Of a DNA stretch of 64,000 bases, positions 1 through 10,731 are shown in pieces. Position numbers and translations under genes: made by a program. A model generated the notes under the pieces. It did no database searches, was not told the origin of the DNA, and saw only the letters and a list, made by a program, of their open reading frames with translations. The stretch lies in the NCBI GenBank assembly GCA_965206595.1, contig OZ242214.1, positions 4,640,001 to 4,704,000 on the forward strand, in the 5' to 3' direction. Position 1 is the stretch's first letter. The number at the start of each line of letters is the position of its first letter. The stretch comes from Candidatus Latescibacterota bacterium (lineage in GTDB: Bacteria > Latescibacterota > UBA2968 > UBA8231).

Positions 1-163
1 TACCCCTCACGGAGGAGGGGACCTCTATGACCGCCTTGTCGGTCTCGAGCTCGATGACCGGCTGGTCCTCCTCAAGGGAGTCGCCGACTGAAACGAGGAC
101 ATTGACGACCTCTCCCGCTTCGATGTTTTCCCCGAGGTCGGGGAGTTTGAATTCGGTCGGCAT
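1..163 (-). CDS. aceF: Pyruvate dehydrogenase E2, N-terminal lipoyl domain (runs off the window)
   Basis: Manual translation [50 protein letters not shown] has the lipoyl ETDKA motif; starts 4 nt after the aceE stop. Confidence 0.85.
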   Translation of the reverse strand, partial: MPTEFKLPDLGENIEAGEVVNVLVSVGDSLEEDQPVIELETDKAVIEVPSSVRG

Positions 164-167
164 CAGT

Positions 168-2828
168 TCACACGGTTACCGGGTTTGGTTTTTCCGGATC
201 GACATCGAGGTCCTTCATCGCTTTGGCAACCTCAAGCGCCTCGATCTCCCCCTCGTCGGCCAGGGCCTTCAGGGCCGACAGGACGATGTAGCGGGCATCC
301 ACTTCGAAGAAGTCGCGCAGGGCCTGGCGCCCCTCACTGCGCCCGAAGCCGTCGGTGCCGAGCGAAACCGGCGGCCTCGGGAACCAGCGCGCGATCGACT
401 CCGGCAGCGCCTTCACGTAATCGGAGGCGATGACGAACACCCCCCTTTCCCCCTCCAGGGCCTGTCTGACGTACGGCCACCGCGGCTCTTCGGTGGGATG
501 CATGCGATTCCACCGATCCACCTCCAGGCCGTCGGTGTGAAGCTGCTTGAAGCTCGTGATGCTCCAGACGTCGGCGGCGACGCCGTACTTCTCTTCCAGG
601 ATCACCCCGGCTTCGAGCGCCATGTTGACGATCGCCCCGCTGGCGAGCAGGTGCGCCTTCTTCGCCCCTTTCGCCGACGACTCCCGGAACTTGTACATGC
701 CGCGAAGGATTCCGTCTTCGCAGCCGTCCGGCATCGGCGGCATCACGTAGGGCTCGTTCTCCACGGTCAGGTAGTAGAAAATGCTCTCCTGTTCTTCGTA
801 CATGCGGCGGATGCCCTCGCGGATCACCACCTCGAGCTCGTACCCGAAGGCGGCGTCGTAGCTGAGCAGATTCGGGACCGGATAGGACAGCAGCAGGCTG
901 TTGCCGTCGCAGTGCTGCAGGCCTTCGCCGCTGAGGGTCGTGCGCCCGGCGGTGCCGCCGATCAGGAAACCGCGGCAGCGCATGTCCCCCGCCAGCCACA
1001 CGAGGTCGCCGATGCGCTGGAGTCCGAACATGGAGTAGTAGATGTAGAACGGGATGGTGTTGATGCCGTGGGTCGAGTAGGCGGTACCGGCGGCGATGAA
1101 GGAGGAAATCGCCCCCGCCTCGGTGATACCCTCCTCCAGCACCTGTCCGTCGGTGGCCTCCTTGTAGTATGAAAGAGTATCGCGGTCCACCGGTTCGTAC
1201 AGCTGTCCGACGTGCGAGTAGATTCCGAAGGGTCTGAACAGGGAGTCGAGGCCGAAAGTGCGCGCTTCATCGGGGATGATCGGGACGATCAGCCTGCCGA
1301 TTTCCTTGTCGCGCATCAGCTTGGTGAGGATGCGCCCGAAAGCCATGGTAGTGGCGGTCTCGCGGCCCCCGCTGCCGTCCTTGAACTCCTGGAAGAACTG
1401 CGGCGGGGGCGTGGTCAGCGGCTTCGCCCTGACGGCGCGCTGCGGAAGCTGCCCCCCGAGCGCATCGCGGCGCTCCCGCAGGTAGACGACCTCCGGGCTG
1501 TCGTCGGGAGGCCGGTAGAACGGGGCCTCGGCGACCTCGTCGTCGGAGATCGGGATGCCGAAACGGGAGCGGAAATGCCGCAGCTCGTCCTCGTTGAGCT
1601 TCTTCTGCTGGTGGGTGATGTTCTTGCCTTCTCCGGCTTCGCCAAGACCATACCCTTTCACGGTCTTGGCGAGAATAACCGTGGGCGATCCGGTGTGCTC
1701 GACCGCCGCCTTGTAAGCGGCGTACACCTTTTCGGGGTCGTGGCCGCCCCGGCGCATGCGCACCAGTTGCTCGTCGGAGTGGTTCTCGACCATCTCCAAC
1801 AGGCGCGGGTGGACCCCGAAGAAGTGCTCGCGGATGAAGGGGCCGTCGGAAACCGTGTATTTCTGGTATTCGCCGTCGACGACCTCCCCCATGCGGGCGA
1901 TCAGGGCCGGGTCGTCCCGTTCGAGCAGGGGATCCCAGTCGTCCCCCCAAATAACCTTGATGACGTTCCATCCGGCGCCGCGGAACGCCGCTTCGAGCTC
2001 CTGGATGATCTTGCCGTTGCCCCGGACCGGACCGTCGAGCCGCTGCAGGTTGCAGTTGATCACCCAGATCAGGTTGTCGAGTTGTTCCCTCGAGGCAAGG
2101 GTGATGGCCCCGAGGGATTCCGGCTCGTCGGTCTCCCCATCCCCGAGGAACGCCCACACCTTCGACTCGCGGGTGCTGGCCAGTCCGCGGTCCTGGAGAT
2201 ACTTGTTGAAGCGCGCCTGGTAGATCGACAGGATGGGGCCGAGGCCCATCGACACGGTCGGGAACTGCCAGAATTCCGGCATCAGCCAGGGGTGGGGGTA
2301 AGAGGACAGCCCACCCCCGTCGCGCAATTCGCGTCGGAAATTTTCGAGGTGGCGCTCGGTCAGGCGGCCTTCGAGGAAGGCGCGGGCGTAGATCCCTGGG
2401 GTTGCATGCCCCTGGAAGTAAACCTGGTCGCCGGAGAACCCCGGCTTGGGGGCGCGGAAAAAGTGGTTGAAGCCGACTTCGTAGAGGGTGGCGGCAGAGG
2501 CGTAGGTCGAGATGTGACCGCCGGGTGCCGCCTTGTCGCGGTTGGCGCGCACGACCATCGCCATGGCGTTCCAGCGAATCAGGCTTTTCAGCCGCCGCTC
2601 GATCTCCCGGCTCCCGGGGTAGTTCGGCTGCCTCGACCGGGGAATCGTGTTGACGTAGGGGGTGTTGGCGGTAAACGGAATGCCGGTGCTCTCGGCCTTC
2701 GCCAGCAGCCTGTTCAGCAGCGCCTGGACCTCCTCGGGGCTGTATGTGGCCAGGACGTAGTCGAGCGATTCCAGCCACTCCTGCTGCTCGACTTCGAATC
2801 CCTCTCTGTATTCTTCTGCCTGGATCAT
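168..2828 (-). CDS. aceE: Pyruvate dehydrogenase E1, homodimeric type
   Basis: 886 aa; [22 protein letters not shown] motif GDGE...[19 protein letters not shown]. Confidence 0.97.
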   Translation of the reverse strand: MIQAEEYREGFEVEQQEWLESLDYVLATYSPEEVQALLNRLLAKAESTGIPFTANTPYVNTIPRSRQPNYPGSREIERRLKSLIRWNAMAMVVRANRDKAAPGGHISTYASAATLYEVGFNHFFRAPKPGFSGDQVYFQGHATPGIYARAFLEGRLTERHLENFRRELRDGGGLSSYPHPWLMPEFWQFPTVSMGLGPILSIYQARFNKYLQDRGLASTRESKVWAFLGDGETDEPESLGAITLASREQLDNLIWVINCNLQRLDGPVRGNGKIIQELEAAFRGAGWNVIKVIWGDDWDPLLERDDPALIARMGEVVDGEYQKYTVSDGPFIREHFFGVHPRLLEMVENHSDEQLVRMRRGGHDPEKVYAAYKAAVEHTGSPTVILAKTVKGYGLGEAGEGKNITHQQKKLNEDELRHFRSRFGIPISDDEVAEAPFYRPPDDSPEVVYLRERRDALGGQLPQRAVRAKPLTTPPPQFFQEFKDGSGGRETATTMAFGRILTKLMRDKEIGRLIVPIIPDEARTFGLDSLFRPFGIYSHVGQLYEPVDRDTLSYYKEATDGQVLEEGITEAGAISSFIAAGTAYSTHGINTIPFYIYYSMFGLQRIGDLVWLAGDMRCRGFLIGGTAGRTTLSGEGLQHCDGNSLLLSYPVPNLLSYDAAFGYELEVVIREGIRRMYEEQESIFYYLTVENEPYVMPPMPDGCEDGILRGMYKFRESSAKGAKKAHLLASGAIVNMALEAGVILEEKYGVAADVWSITSFKQLHTDGLEVDRWNRMHPTEEPRWPYVRQALEGERGVFVIASDYVKALPESIARWFPRPPVSLGTDGFGRSEGRQALRDFFEVDARYIVLSALKALADEGEIEALEVAKAMKDLDVDPEKPNPVTV

Positions 2829-2972
2829 TTTCGAGATTCACCTGGGTGGCGCACCGATGGCTACCGGTGACCTTGCGGCGATGCGTTTGCGCGCGCAACC
2901 GGGCAGGCCGGTAGCCCCTCTGCCGTATGGCTCCTGAGGGCCACAGAATTTACGCGAATTCGGGATAACAAC

Positions 2973-3004
2973 CAGTTGCGATTGCCCGCAGTAGCGATTG
3001 CCCG
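2973..3004. repeat. Tandem 16-bp direct repeat in the divergent intergenic region upstream of aceE
   Basis: CAGTTGCGATTGCCCG (2973-2988) and CAGTAGCGATTGCCCG (2989-3004), 1 mismatch. Confidence 0.8.
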
Positions 3005-3067
3005 GCTTACTGCGGAAAGCGACCTTCAAAAGGACGACTCAACGCTCAACTTTTTTCTGCCACCGCA

Positions 3068-4840
3068 ATGCGACGACGACGCGATTCGATCATCTGGCCA
3101 TGCCTGATCATCTCTTTTCTGCTGCATCTGGTGGCGGTGAACTACATCGCCCTGTCCTGGCGCGAGGCGGAAGAAGCCAAGGCATTCAGGGCGAGGATCG
3201 CCAACATCCCTGCGAGGCGCTTCGAACCGCAACGGATGCGCGTCCCGGAACCCAAACGGCTGCCCGAGTCGAGGATGGAATACCTCCGTCAGGAAGCCGA
3301 GCCGGAGGCCATGACGGAGGAGGTCACCCGCACAGAGCTCGTGCCTCGGGCCCCGGAGGCGCCCGAGGTCGACATCGCCCTCCAGGAAATCGTTACCGGA
3401 GCGCCGCCCGAAACCCTGGCATTCGTCGAGGAGCGCATGCTTTCGCCTCACGAGTATGGCTGGGCGGACACCGCAGGGCGCAGCGAGGCTCTCGATCTGT
3501 TGCGCATGGAGGATCTCGCCCGAGCAGGGAAGGTTCCCGCCACCATCATTCCCGGCCTCCACAGCCGCCGGGACGCCAGGGGGTACATCAACATCCCGAG
3601 GCTGCACCTGTACGGGGCCGGAGCCCGCGGCTTCGCTCTCGACGCCCTGGCTCGCTACGCTCGCGACCGCACGAACATTCTCGTTCAGGTCGACCAGCAC
3701 CGGCACAGCTATTTCGACTCGGAATCCCTCCTCGACGACCCGATTCACTTCCTGTTCGAGGGCGGAGGAAACCCGGTCACTACCTCCGAATACCGGGTCC
3801 GATTCCACGACAAGGAGAAAGAGCTGCTTGCAGAATACATGCGCAGCGGCGGGCTGCTCTATATCGAGGGGGTCGAGGGTCGTTATCGCTTTCTGACCGA
3901 AATGGTCGACACCCTGAAGTCGATCCTGAAAAACGACGGCGGTATCGGTCCGATCGACGTCGATCACGACCTGTATCACTCCTTCTTCGACTTCTACACC
4001 GGTTTCCCTGGAGAGGAGGGCAAGGACGACCTTCTCGAGGTGTCGGAGGGATCGTGGTACTACCCCGGCTCGGAGCGCGGCGATGCGTTGCCACCGTCGG
4101 AAGAACCGTCTTCAGCAATTGAGGAGGACACTGTTCCCGGGCTGCCCAAACTGGGGCTTTGGGGCGTCCAGCTCGACGGCCGTCTCGTGGCCATCTTCAG
4201 CGACATAGCCCTTTGGCAAAAATGGGGAGGGATGTACGAGCTCGAGGAAGAGGCGTCGGCCGCCAGCGGGCCCTTCCTCCAGGCAGGCCTGAACATCCTG
4301 ATGTACGTCCTGAGCCGCGAGGACGGTCTCACACCGGTGCGCGTGCGTCCTGCCTGGGAGGTCACGCGTCCGCGGGTCGCCCCGCAGGAGGAACCGACGA
4401 CCAAGGTCGTGAGCCGCCTTGCCGCAGAGGAAACAGCCAGTCTCGACCGGCTGGCCGACCTCGACGGCTCCCTTGCCCTGCTGCAGTCACCCCTGGGGGC
4501 GGCCGTCGCCGAAGGGGGGGTCACAATCCGGCTCGGGGGGCGCTACACCATATCCTTGCTGCGGGGGGGTAACAACGGGATCCTCCTTCACAACGTCCCG
4601 GCCGGCAGCCACTGGGTCGAAATCGACTACGGCGGGAAGGAGCGGGAAATTGAGGTGGCCGTCGAAGGGGGGCGGGTGACGACGGTGACCTTCGGCATCA
4701 GCCGGTTGGCCTTCGTCAGGCGCCTGAGGCTGAAGGAGCAGTCGGACCGCGTGCCGTTGATGGACTGGATGCTCGGTTTTTCCGACCTGGAAATCGAGGA
4801 GATGTTCCTCGCCGAAGACCGGGACAGCCTGCGCGACTGA
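3068..4840 (+). CDS. Membrane-anchored DUF4159-like protein with C-terminal beta-sandwich
   Basis: N-terminal TM helix with S-x3-H (ISFLLH); GGLLYIE, HDLYHSFFDF, GVQLDGRLVAIFS and GLNILMYVL resemble DUF4159; C-terminal NVPAGSHWVEIDYGG is PEGA/carboxypeptidase-regulatory-like. Confidence 0.65.
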   Translation: MRRRRDSIIWPCLIISFLLHLVAVNYIALSWREAEEAKAFRARIANIPARRFEPQRMRVPEPKRLPESRMEYLRQEAEPEAMTEEVTRTELVPRAPEAPEVDIALQEIVTGAPPETLAFVEERMLSPHEYGWADTAGRSEALDLLRMEDLARAGKVPATIIPGLHSRRDARGYINIPRLHLYGAGARGFALDALARYARDRTNILVQVDQHRHSYFDSESLLDDPIHFLFEGGGNPVTTSEYRVRFHDKEKELLAEYMRSGGLLYIEGVEGRYRFLTEMVDTLKSILKNDGGIGPIDVDHDLYHSFFDFYTGFPGEEGKDDLLEVSEGSWYYPGSERGDALPPSEEPSSAIEEDTVPGLPKLGLWGVQLDGRLVAIFSDIALWQKWGGMYELEEEASAASGPFLQAGLNILMYVLSREDGLTPVRVRPAWEVTRPRVAPQEEPTTKVVSRLAAEETASLDRLADLDGSLALLQSPLGAAVAEGGVTIRLGGRYTISLLRGGNNGILLHNVPAGSHWVEIDYGGKEREIEVAVEGGRVTTVTFGISRLAFVRRLRLKEQSDRVPLMDWMLGFSDLEIEEMFLAEDRDSLRD

Positions 4841-4869
4841 CCGGCGCAGGCCATGGCGTAAAAAGCGGA

Positions 4870-6324
4870 CTACCTGTAGCGGGTAATCCGGCCCTCCTGC
4901 AGACGTTGCCAGTAATCCTGGAGACAGGCCTTGATTTGCGGGCTCAGGAGCACGCCGCCGAGGATGTTGGGGAAGGCCATGCCGAGGATCATCATGTCGG
5001 TGAATCCGATGATGTTGTCGAGAGCCGTCACACTGCCGAGGAAGACGAAAAGAACGAAAATGAAGCGGAAGAGGATAACCGTGGCGGGGCCGAAGAGATA
5101 TTCCCAGGCGCGTTCGCCGTAATACGACCAGGAGATCATCGTCGAATACGCAAACAGGGTGACAGCCAGGGCCAGAACGTATCGCGCCCCGGGGATGAAG
5201 GACTCGAAGGCCGCCGCGGTCATGCGCGCCCCCACGATGGAGCCCCCGGAGGACTGGAACTGCGGATCCTGGTAGACGCCGGTCAGCAGGCAGACAAGCG
5301 CCGTCATCATGCAGATGACGATGGTGTCGATGAAGGGGCCGATCATGGCGACGATCCCCTCCCGCGCCGCTTCGTTCGTCTTGGCAGCCGCGTGCGCGAA
5401 GGCCGCGGACCCGAGTCCGGCTTCGTTGGAGAAGGCCGCACGGCGGATGCCCCAGACCAGGGTGTAGATGAAGCCGCCGCCGACCGCGCGGCCTGTGAAG
5501 GCGTCTTCGATGATCAGGGCGATCATGCCCGGCAGCTCGCCGATGTGGGCGAGGATGATGAACAGGCAAACGGCGACGTACAACACGCACATTAACGGCA
5601 CGATCCGCGAGGTGACGCGGCCGATGCGGCGGATGCCGCCGATGATGACGAGGCCGACGAGGAGAGCCATGAGGAGGCCGACCGCCCAGTTGAAGTCGCG
5701 AAACCCCGGGTGCACGGTTCCCAGTACCTCGAGTGTCTGATTCGCCTGGAACATGTTGCCGCCTCCCAGGCTGCCGCCGATGGTCAGCACGGCGAAAAGC
5801 ACCGCCAGGGTACGTCCAAACTCCAGCCAGCCCTTGGCGCCGAGGCCCTGCTCCAAGTAGTACATGGGGCCGCCGGCGATACGGCCGCCGGGGTGGATAC
5901 GACGGTACATCACCGCCAAGGTGCAGGAGGCGAGCTTCGAGGCCATGCCGAAGAGGGCGGTGACAACCATCCAGAAGACGGCCCCCGGGCCGCCGACGCT
6001 GACGGCGATGGCAACTCCGGCGATGTTGCCGAGGCCGATCGTCGCCGACAGGGCGCTGGTCAGGGCCTGAAAGTGGGATATCTCCCCCGGGTCGGAGGGG
6101 TCGTCGTAGCGGCCGCGAATGACGTCGATGGAATGGCGAAAGGCGCGGATCGTCAGCCAGGAGAAGTAGAAGCTGTAGTAGATGCCGCCGAGTAGCAGGA
6201 CGGCGACGATAAGGGGCAGGCCGCTGCCGAAATCGGCGAACAGAAAGAGGTTGAGGACCTCGACGACACTGCCGAACAGGGTGTCGATGGCGGCGAGCTG
6301 CTCGTGAATCCAAGCGTTATTCAT
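4870..6324 (-). CDS. Alanine/glycine:cation symporter (AgcS family)
   Basis: HFQALTSALSATIGLGNIAGVA, GGPGAVFWM, RAAFSNEAGLGS, GPFIDTIVIC. Confidence 0.93.
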   Translation of the reverse strand: MNNAWIHEQLAAIDTLFGSVVEVLNLFLFADFGSGLPLIVAVLLLGGIYYSFYFSWLTIRAFRHSIDVIRGRYDDPSDPGEISHFQALTSALSATIGLGNIAGVAIAVSVGGPGAVFWMVVTALFGMASKLASCTLAVMYRRIHPGGRIAGGPMYYLEQGLGAKGWLEFGRTLAVLFAVLTIGGSLGGGNMFQANQTLEVLGTVHPGFRDFNWAVGLLMALLVGLVIIGGIRRIGRVTSRIVPLMCVLYVAVCLFIILAHIGELPGMIALIIEDAFTGRAVGGGFIYTLVWGIRRAAFSNEAGLGSAAFAHAAAKTNEAAREGIVAMIGPFIDTIVICMMTALVCLLTGVYQDPQFQSSGGSIVGARMTAAAFESFIPGARYVLALAVTLFAYSTMISWSYYGERAWEYLFGPATVILFRFIFVLFVFLGSVTALDNIIGFTDMMILGMAFPNILGGVLLSPQIKACLQDYWQRLQEGRITRYR

Positions 6325-6495
6325 GGTCCAACTTTAACCATGGACGCGGGTGATCACAAATCGGGATAAATCTCCGGGGATAGCAGACAGGGAGGGCGCT
6401 TGCAATCCCTGTTAGCAAATTGAAAGGCACTGCCCTGCTCCGGCTGACTCTGGCTCGCCAACGAGCTCCGGGGCCGGGAGACGCAAGGCATCCAC

Positions 6496-7212
6496 CTAAG
6501 GGCTTCTTCCTTCGGCAGGCATCCAATCGGGCAATCCGCCCTCGATCCTGACGGTGAGCCGTTCCGGCCTGGCGGCGTCGGGCTCGAAGGCGCGCTCGAT
6601 CACGAGCAACGCCATCGGGACGCGGTGCAGGCGCGCTTTCCGCATCGCCGCGAAGAAACGCAGGTTCTCGCGCTCGACCAGGTCCGGTTCAGGTGAGGTT
6701 CCGCTGCAGATCAGCAGGCAGACCTCGAGGCCGCGGCGCTCCGCCGCCTCGAAGGTGAGAGCGGTGTGATTCAGCGTCCCGAGGCCGGGACGGGCGACGA
6801 CGGCCAGGGCGGCGTTGAGGCGCAGGGCGAGGTCGGCGAAATCCCGCTTCTCATCGATCGGCACCAGAAGCCCCCCCGAGCCCTCCACCAGGGTGAGGTC
6901 GTGAGACGCGGCCACGGACTCGCACTGCCCCACCAGGGTCTCGAAGTCGAGCCGCAGCCCGGCGCGCCGGGCTGCGATCAGCGGCGCCAGCGGTTCGGGG
7001 AAAGAGGCCAGCGTCCCCAGGGTCACGTCCATTCCGTGGAGGGCGGCGCGGTAGAACGCCTCGTCGCCGTCGACCTCCGGATCGGCGCCGGTCTGGACCG
7101 CCTTAATCAGGGCAACCCTTCCCGCCTGCGACGCTTTCCACGCGAGCCAGGCGGAAGCGACCGTTTTGCCGACGCCGGTGTCGGTCCCGGTCACGAGCAC
7201 GACCCTACCCAC
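6496..7212 (-). CDS. bioD: Dethiobiotin synthase
   Basis: VTGTDTGVGKT P-loop, VEGSGGLLVP, LGTLNHT; last gene of the bio operon. Confidence 0.95.
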   Translation of the reverse strand: MGRVVLVTGTDTGVGKTVASAWLAWKASQAGRVALIKAVQTGADPEVDGDEAFYRAALHGMDVTLGTLASFPEPLAPLIAARRAGLRLDFETLVGQCESVAASHDLTLVEGSGGLLVPIDEKRDFADLALRLNAALAVVARPGLGTLNHTALTFEAAERRGLEVCLLICSGTSPEPDLVERENLRFFAAMRKARLHRVPMALLVIERAFEPDAARPERLTVRIEGGLPDWMPAEGRSP

Positions 7213-8386
7213 GGAAGGATTCCATCGCCGCCACGACCTGCTTCAGGTGCTCTTCTTCGTGAGCCGCGGTGACCCCGAAGCGGATCCGCGACGTCCCCCG
7301 GGGAACCGCAGGAGGCCGCACCGCCCGCGCCAGGATGCCGTGTGCCTTGAGATGCTCTTCGGCGGCGGCGGCGGCGGCTGGCCTGCCGAGGATCACCGGC
7401 ACGATCTGCGAGGTGGAGCAGGAGGGTGGGTAGCCGAGGCGCATCAGCCCGGAGCGCAAGGCCGCCCCAAGGTCGAGGACCCGCTTCCGTCGCCACGGCT
7501 CCTCCCGCGCGACATCGAGCGCGGCGCCGGCCGCCGCCACCGCCGACGGCGGCAGCGCCGTATCGAAGATGAAGGTGCGGGCGCGGTCGATGAGGAAGTC
7601 GACGAGGCCCTGGTCGCCGGCGACGAAGCCGCCGATCGAGCCCAGCGCCTTCGAAAGCGTACCGGTGACCACGGCCGGGACGTCGAGGTCGAAGCCCCCC
7701 AGGAGACCGGAGCCGCCGCCGAAAAGGCCGATGGCGTGGGCCTCGTCGACGACCAGCATGGCATGGTGGCGCGACGCCGTTTCTCCCAGGGCATCGAGGG
7801 GCGCCAGGTCGCCGTCCATGCTGAAGACGCTCTCGGTCACGACCAGGCGGCGGCGGGCAGGGGTCCGCCGCAGGAGATCGTCGAGGCGGCCGGAGTCGTT
7901 GTGCGGGTAGGGTAGGGCAGTCGCTCCCGACAACCTGGCGCCGTCGATGACCGAGGCGTGGGCGCGCTCGTCGTAGAAGATCGCGTCCCCGCTTCCGGCC
8001 AAGGCGGAGAGCAGGCCGATGTTGGCCATGTACCCCGAGCTGAACAGCAGGGAGGACTGCCGCCCTGTCATCCGCGCCAGCCGTTCCTGCAGGTCGTCGT
8101 GGAGGGGAGTGGAGCCGTGAAGTAGCCGTGCCGACCCCGCCCCGGCGCCGAATCGGCCGGCGGCCTCGCCGGCCGCTGCAGTCACCTCCGGGTGTGCCCC
8201 AAGCCCGAGGTAGTCGTTCGAGGTGAAAAGGACGCATTCGCGGCCGGCGAGGCAGGCCCGGACCCCGGTGCGGCTCTCCGGAGTCACCACCGACCGCCGC
8301 AGTCCGAGTCGCTCGAGACGGTTGCGTTCCGAGCGCAGGAAGTCAGCCCAGGGTCGAGGTGGACCGGGCGACGCTGTCGAGTCCAT
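7205..8386 (-). CDS. bioF: 8-amino-7-oxononanoate synthase
   Basis: SNDYLGL, SGYMAN, ESVFSMDGD, VDEAH, TLSKALG (PLP lysine). Confidence 0.95.
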   Translation of the reverse strand: MDSTASPGPPRPWADFLRSERNRLERLGLRRSVVTPESRTGVRACLAGRECVLFTSNDYLGLGAHPEVTAAAGEAAGRFGAGAGSARLLHGSTPLHDDLQERLARMTGRQSSLLFSSGYMANIGLLSALAGSGDAIFYDERAHASVIDGARLSGATALPYPHNDSGRLDDLLRRTPARRRLVVTESVFSMDGDLAPLDALGETASRHHAMLVVDEAHAIGLFGGGSGLLGGFDLDVPAVVTGTLSKALGSIGGFVAGDQGLVDFLIDRARTFIFDTALPPSAVAAAGAALDVAREEPWRRKRVLDLGAALRSGLMRLGYPPSCSTSQIVPVILGRPAAAAAAEEHLKAHGILARAVRPPAVPRGTSRIRFGVTAAHEEEHLKQVVAAMESFRG

Positions 8387-9695
8387 ACCTCACCGCCGCG
8401 CAGATCTGCGCGAGCTCGTTCTTTTCAATGGAAAGGGGGGGCATCAGCACCACGGTGTCCCCGAGCGGCCTCACGAATACTCCCCGGTCCCGCGCTCTCA
8501 TGCATGCCCGCCATCCCGCATGCTCCGAGGCGGGCAGCGGCCGCTTGGTGACGCGGTCGGCGACGATATCGACAGCGGCCATCAACCCCTGCTGGCGAAT
8601 CTCCCCTGCGAGGGGATGCTCGCCGAGCACTTCGCGCAGGTTCTCGCCGAGGAAGGAGGCGCGCCTGGCGACCCGGGCGAGGACGGGCTCGCGCTCGAAG
8701 ATATCGAGACTCGCCAGGGCCGCGGCGCAGGCGATCGGGTTTCCCCCGTAGGTATGCCCGTGGAAGAGCGTCTTGCCGTAATCGTGCGGGTCGTGGAAGG
8801 CGTCGTACACGCGATCGCTCGCCACCGTTGCCGAGAGGGGCAGGCAGCCGCCGCTGATCCCCTTGCCCAATACCATGATATCAGGGGTTACTCCTTCGAG
8901 GTCGCAGGCGAACATGGCGCCGGTTTTTCCGAAGCCGGTGGCCACTTCGTCGGCGATGAGCAGCAGGTCGTGTGAACGGCAGAGGTCGGCGACAAGGCGG
9001 AGGTGGCCTTCCGGGGCGACGATCATTCCCGCCGCACCCTGGACCCGCGGCTCGACGACCACCGCGGCGATCTCCCCGGCGCGCGCCGCGAGGAGACGCT
9101 CCAGCGAACCGACGCAAGCGAGGCTGCAGCCGCTTTCCGGCGAACAGAGCGAACAGCCGAGGGCGTGCGGATTGGCGAACCGCAACGGCTCGAACAGGGC
9201 GGCCTCGTACGGCTTGCGGAAGGGCCCGTCGCCCCCAAGAGACGCAGCACCGAGGGTATCGCCGTGGTACGCCATCTCCATTACGGCGAAGCGGCGGCGC
9301 TCCGGGCGGCCGCTGTTGACCCAGAACTGGAGCGCCATCTTGAGCGCCACCTCGACCGCGCTGGCGCCGTCGGAGCTGTAAAAGAAACGGTTCAATCCTT
9401 TGGGGACGTGGGCGGCGAGCCGCTCCGTGAGCTCGATCGCCGGGGTGTGCCCGGCGCCGAGAAGGGTGCTGTGTTGCAACCGCTCCGCCTGGCGCCTGAT
9501 CGCTTCGACGATGTGCGGATGCCCGTGGCCGTGAACAATCGCCCAGAGCGAGGCCACGCCGTCGATGTACTCACGTCCGTCCCTGTCGATGAGGCGGTTG
9601 CCCTCGGCTCGGTCGACGATCAGCCTTGGTTCGCTGTCGTAGCGAGCCATCGGGGTGAAGGCGTTCCAGATGCCAGCCGGGTGCTTTCGAGTCAC
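8343..9695 (-). CDS. bioA: Adenosylmethionine-8-amino-7-oxononanoate aminotransferase
   Basis: WNAFTPM, DGVASLW, AYHGDT, IADEVATGFGKTG, LGKGISGG, FHGHTYGGNP. Start set at GTG 9695 overlapping the bioB TGA; the track ORF to 10604 is over-extended. Confidence 0.93.
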   Translation of the reverse strand: MTRKHPAGIWNAFTPMARYDSEPRLIVDRAEGNRLIDRDGREYIDGVASLWAIVHGHGHPHIVEAIRRQAERLQHSTLLGAGHTPAIELTERLAAHVPKGLNRFFYSSDGASAVEVALKMALQFWVNSGRPERRRFAVMEMAYHGDTLGAASLGGDGPFRKPYEAALFEPLRFANPHALGCSLCSPESGCSLACVGSLERLLAARAGEIAAVVVEPRVQGAAGMIVAPEGHLRLVADLCRSHDLLLIADEVATGFGKTGAMFACDLEGVTPDIMVLGKGISGGCLPLSATVASDRVYDAFHDPHDYGKTLFHGHTYGGNPIACAAALASLDIFEREPVLARVARRASFLGENLREVLGEHPLAGEIRQQGLMAAVDIVADRVTKRPLPASEHAGWRACMRARDRGVFVRPLGDTVVLMPPLSIEKNELAQICAAVRYGLDSVARSTSTLG

Positions 9696-10684
9696 GCCTC
9701 TTCGACCTCGAACCCCATGTCCTCGATCATCTGCAGCGCCTCCCTGGTGCCTTGACCCGGGGTGGTGAGGTAACCCTCGACGAAGATTGAGTTCGCCGCG
9801 TATAGGGCCAGCGGCTGCAGCGACCGCAGATGCAGCTCGCGTCCGCCGGCGACGCGGATCTCCCGGTGGGGATGCAGCAGCCGCGCCAGGCAGAGGATCC
9901 GCAGGCAGTGGAGGGGGCTCAGCCTCCACGTCCCCTCGAGGGGTGTGCCGGAGATGGGATGGAGGAAGTTGACCGGTATCGACCGCGGCTCGAGGTCGCG
10001 GAGCGCCATGAGGACGTCGATCACGTCCTCGTCCGTTTCCCCCATACCGAAGATCGCACCGCTGCAGAGGTCGAGCCCGGCCTTGCGCGCGGCCTGCAGC
10101 GTCTTCACCCGGTCGTTGTAACCGTGGGTGGTGACGACGCTGGGAGTGAACCGCTCGCTGGTATTCAGGTTGTGGTTCAGCTGGTCGATCCCGGCCTTTT
10201 TCAGCGCCCTCGCTTTCTCCTCGTCGAGCAGTCCGACACAGGCGCATATCCCGATATCGACCTCCTCGCGGATGTTGCGCACGGCGTCGGCCAGGTATTC
10301 CACCTCGCGCCAGGACGCCCCCCGTCCGCTTGTAACGATGCAGAAACGCTTGGCCCGGGAGCGCTTGGCTGCCCGAGCCTCTGCGAGCAACTGCTCCTGG
10401 CTCACCATGGGGTATTTCTCGATGGCCGCCTCCGAGACCCGCGATTGCGAGCAGTAGCCGCAGTCCTCGGGACAGAGACCGCTTTTGGCGTTCATCAGGA
10501 CATGCAGGTGCACCTTGTCGCCACAGAAGCGGCGGCGCACCCGGTAGGTCTCGGCGAGCAGGGCGGGCACCTCGCTGTCCTGAGAGCCGAGAACCGCGGC
10601 GCACTCCGCGTGCGTCAGGGGCTCCCCGGCGATCGCCTTGTCGGCCAGGGCTGGGAAGCTGGGAATGGTGGAAGTCGTATTCAT
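9692..10684 (-). CDS. bioB: Biotin synthase (radical SAM)
   Basis: CPEDCGYCSQS radical-SAM motif, NHNLNTS, SIPVNFLHPI, EIRVAGGRE; start at MNTTSTIP. Confidence 0.96.
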   Translation of the reverse strand: MNTTSTIPSFPALADKAIAGEPLTHAECAAVLGSQDSEVPALLAETYRVRRRFCGDKVHLHVLMNAKSGLCPEDCGYCSQSRVSEAAIEKYPMVSQEQLLAEARAAKRSRAKRFCIVTSGRGASWREVEYLADAVRNIREEVDIGICACVGLLDEEKARALKKAGIDQLNHNLNTSERFTPSVVTTHGYNDRVKTLQAARKAGLDLCSGAIFGMGETDEDVIDVLMALRDLEPRSIPVNFLHPISGTPLEGTWRLSPLHCLRILCLARLLHPHREIRVAGGRELHLRSLQPLALYAANSIFVEGYLTTPGQGTREALQMIEDMGFEVEEA

Positions 10685-10731
10685 TCTATAGGTGTCCTGT
10701 TGGTAATGTTGCAGGATATGGCGGGATGCCT

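Noticed and set aside
27-2898. Long alternative-frame and antisense ORFs over aceE, and similar ones over atpA, pyrG, the NtrC gene and ppk1
   Set aside because: Shadow ORFs expected from high-GC codon bias; no motifs, and they overlap clearly identified genes.
6325-6495. Possible glycine riboswitch upstream of the AgcS symporter
   Set aside because: No GGAGA...CCGAAG...CUCUCAGG core found on the minus strand.
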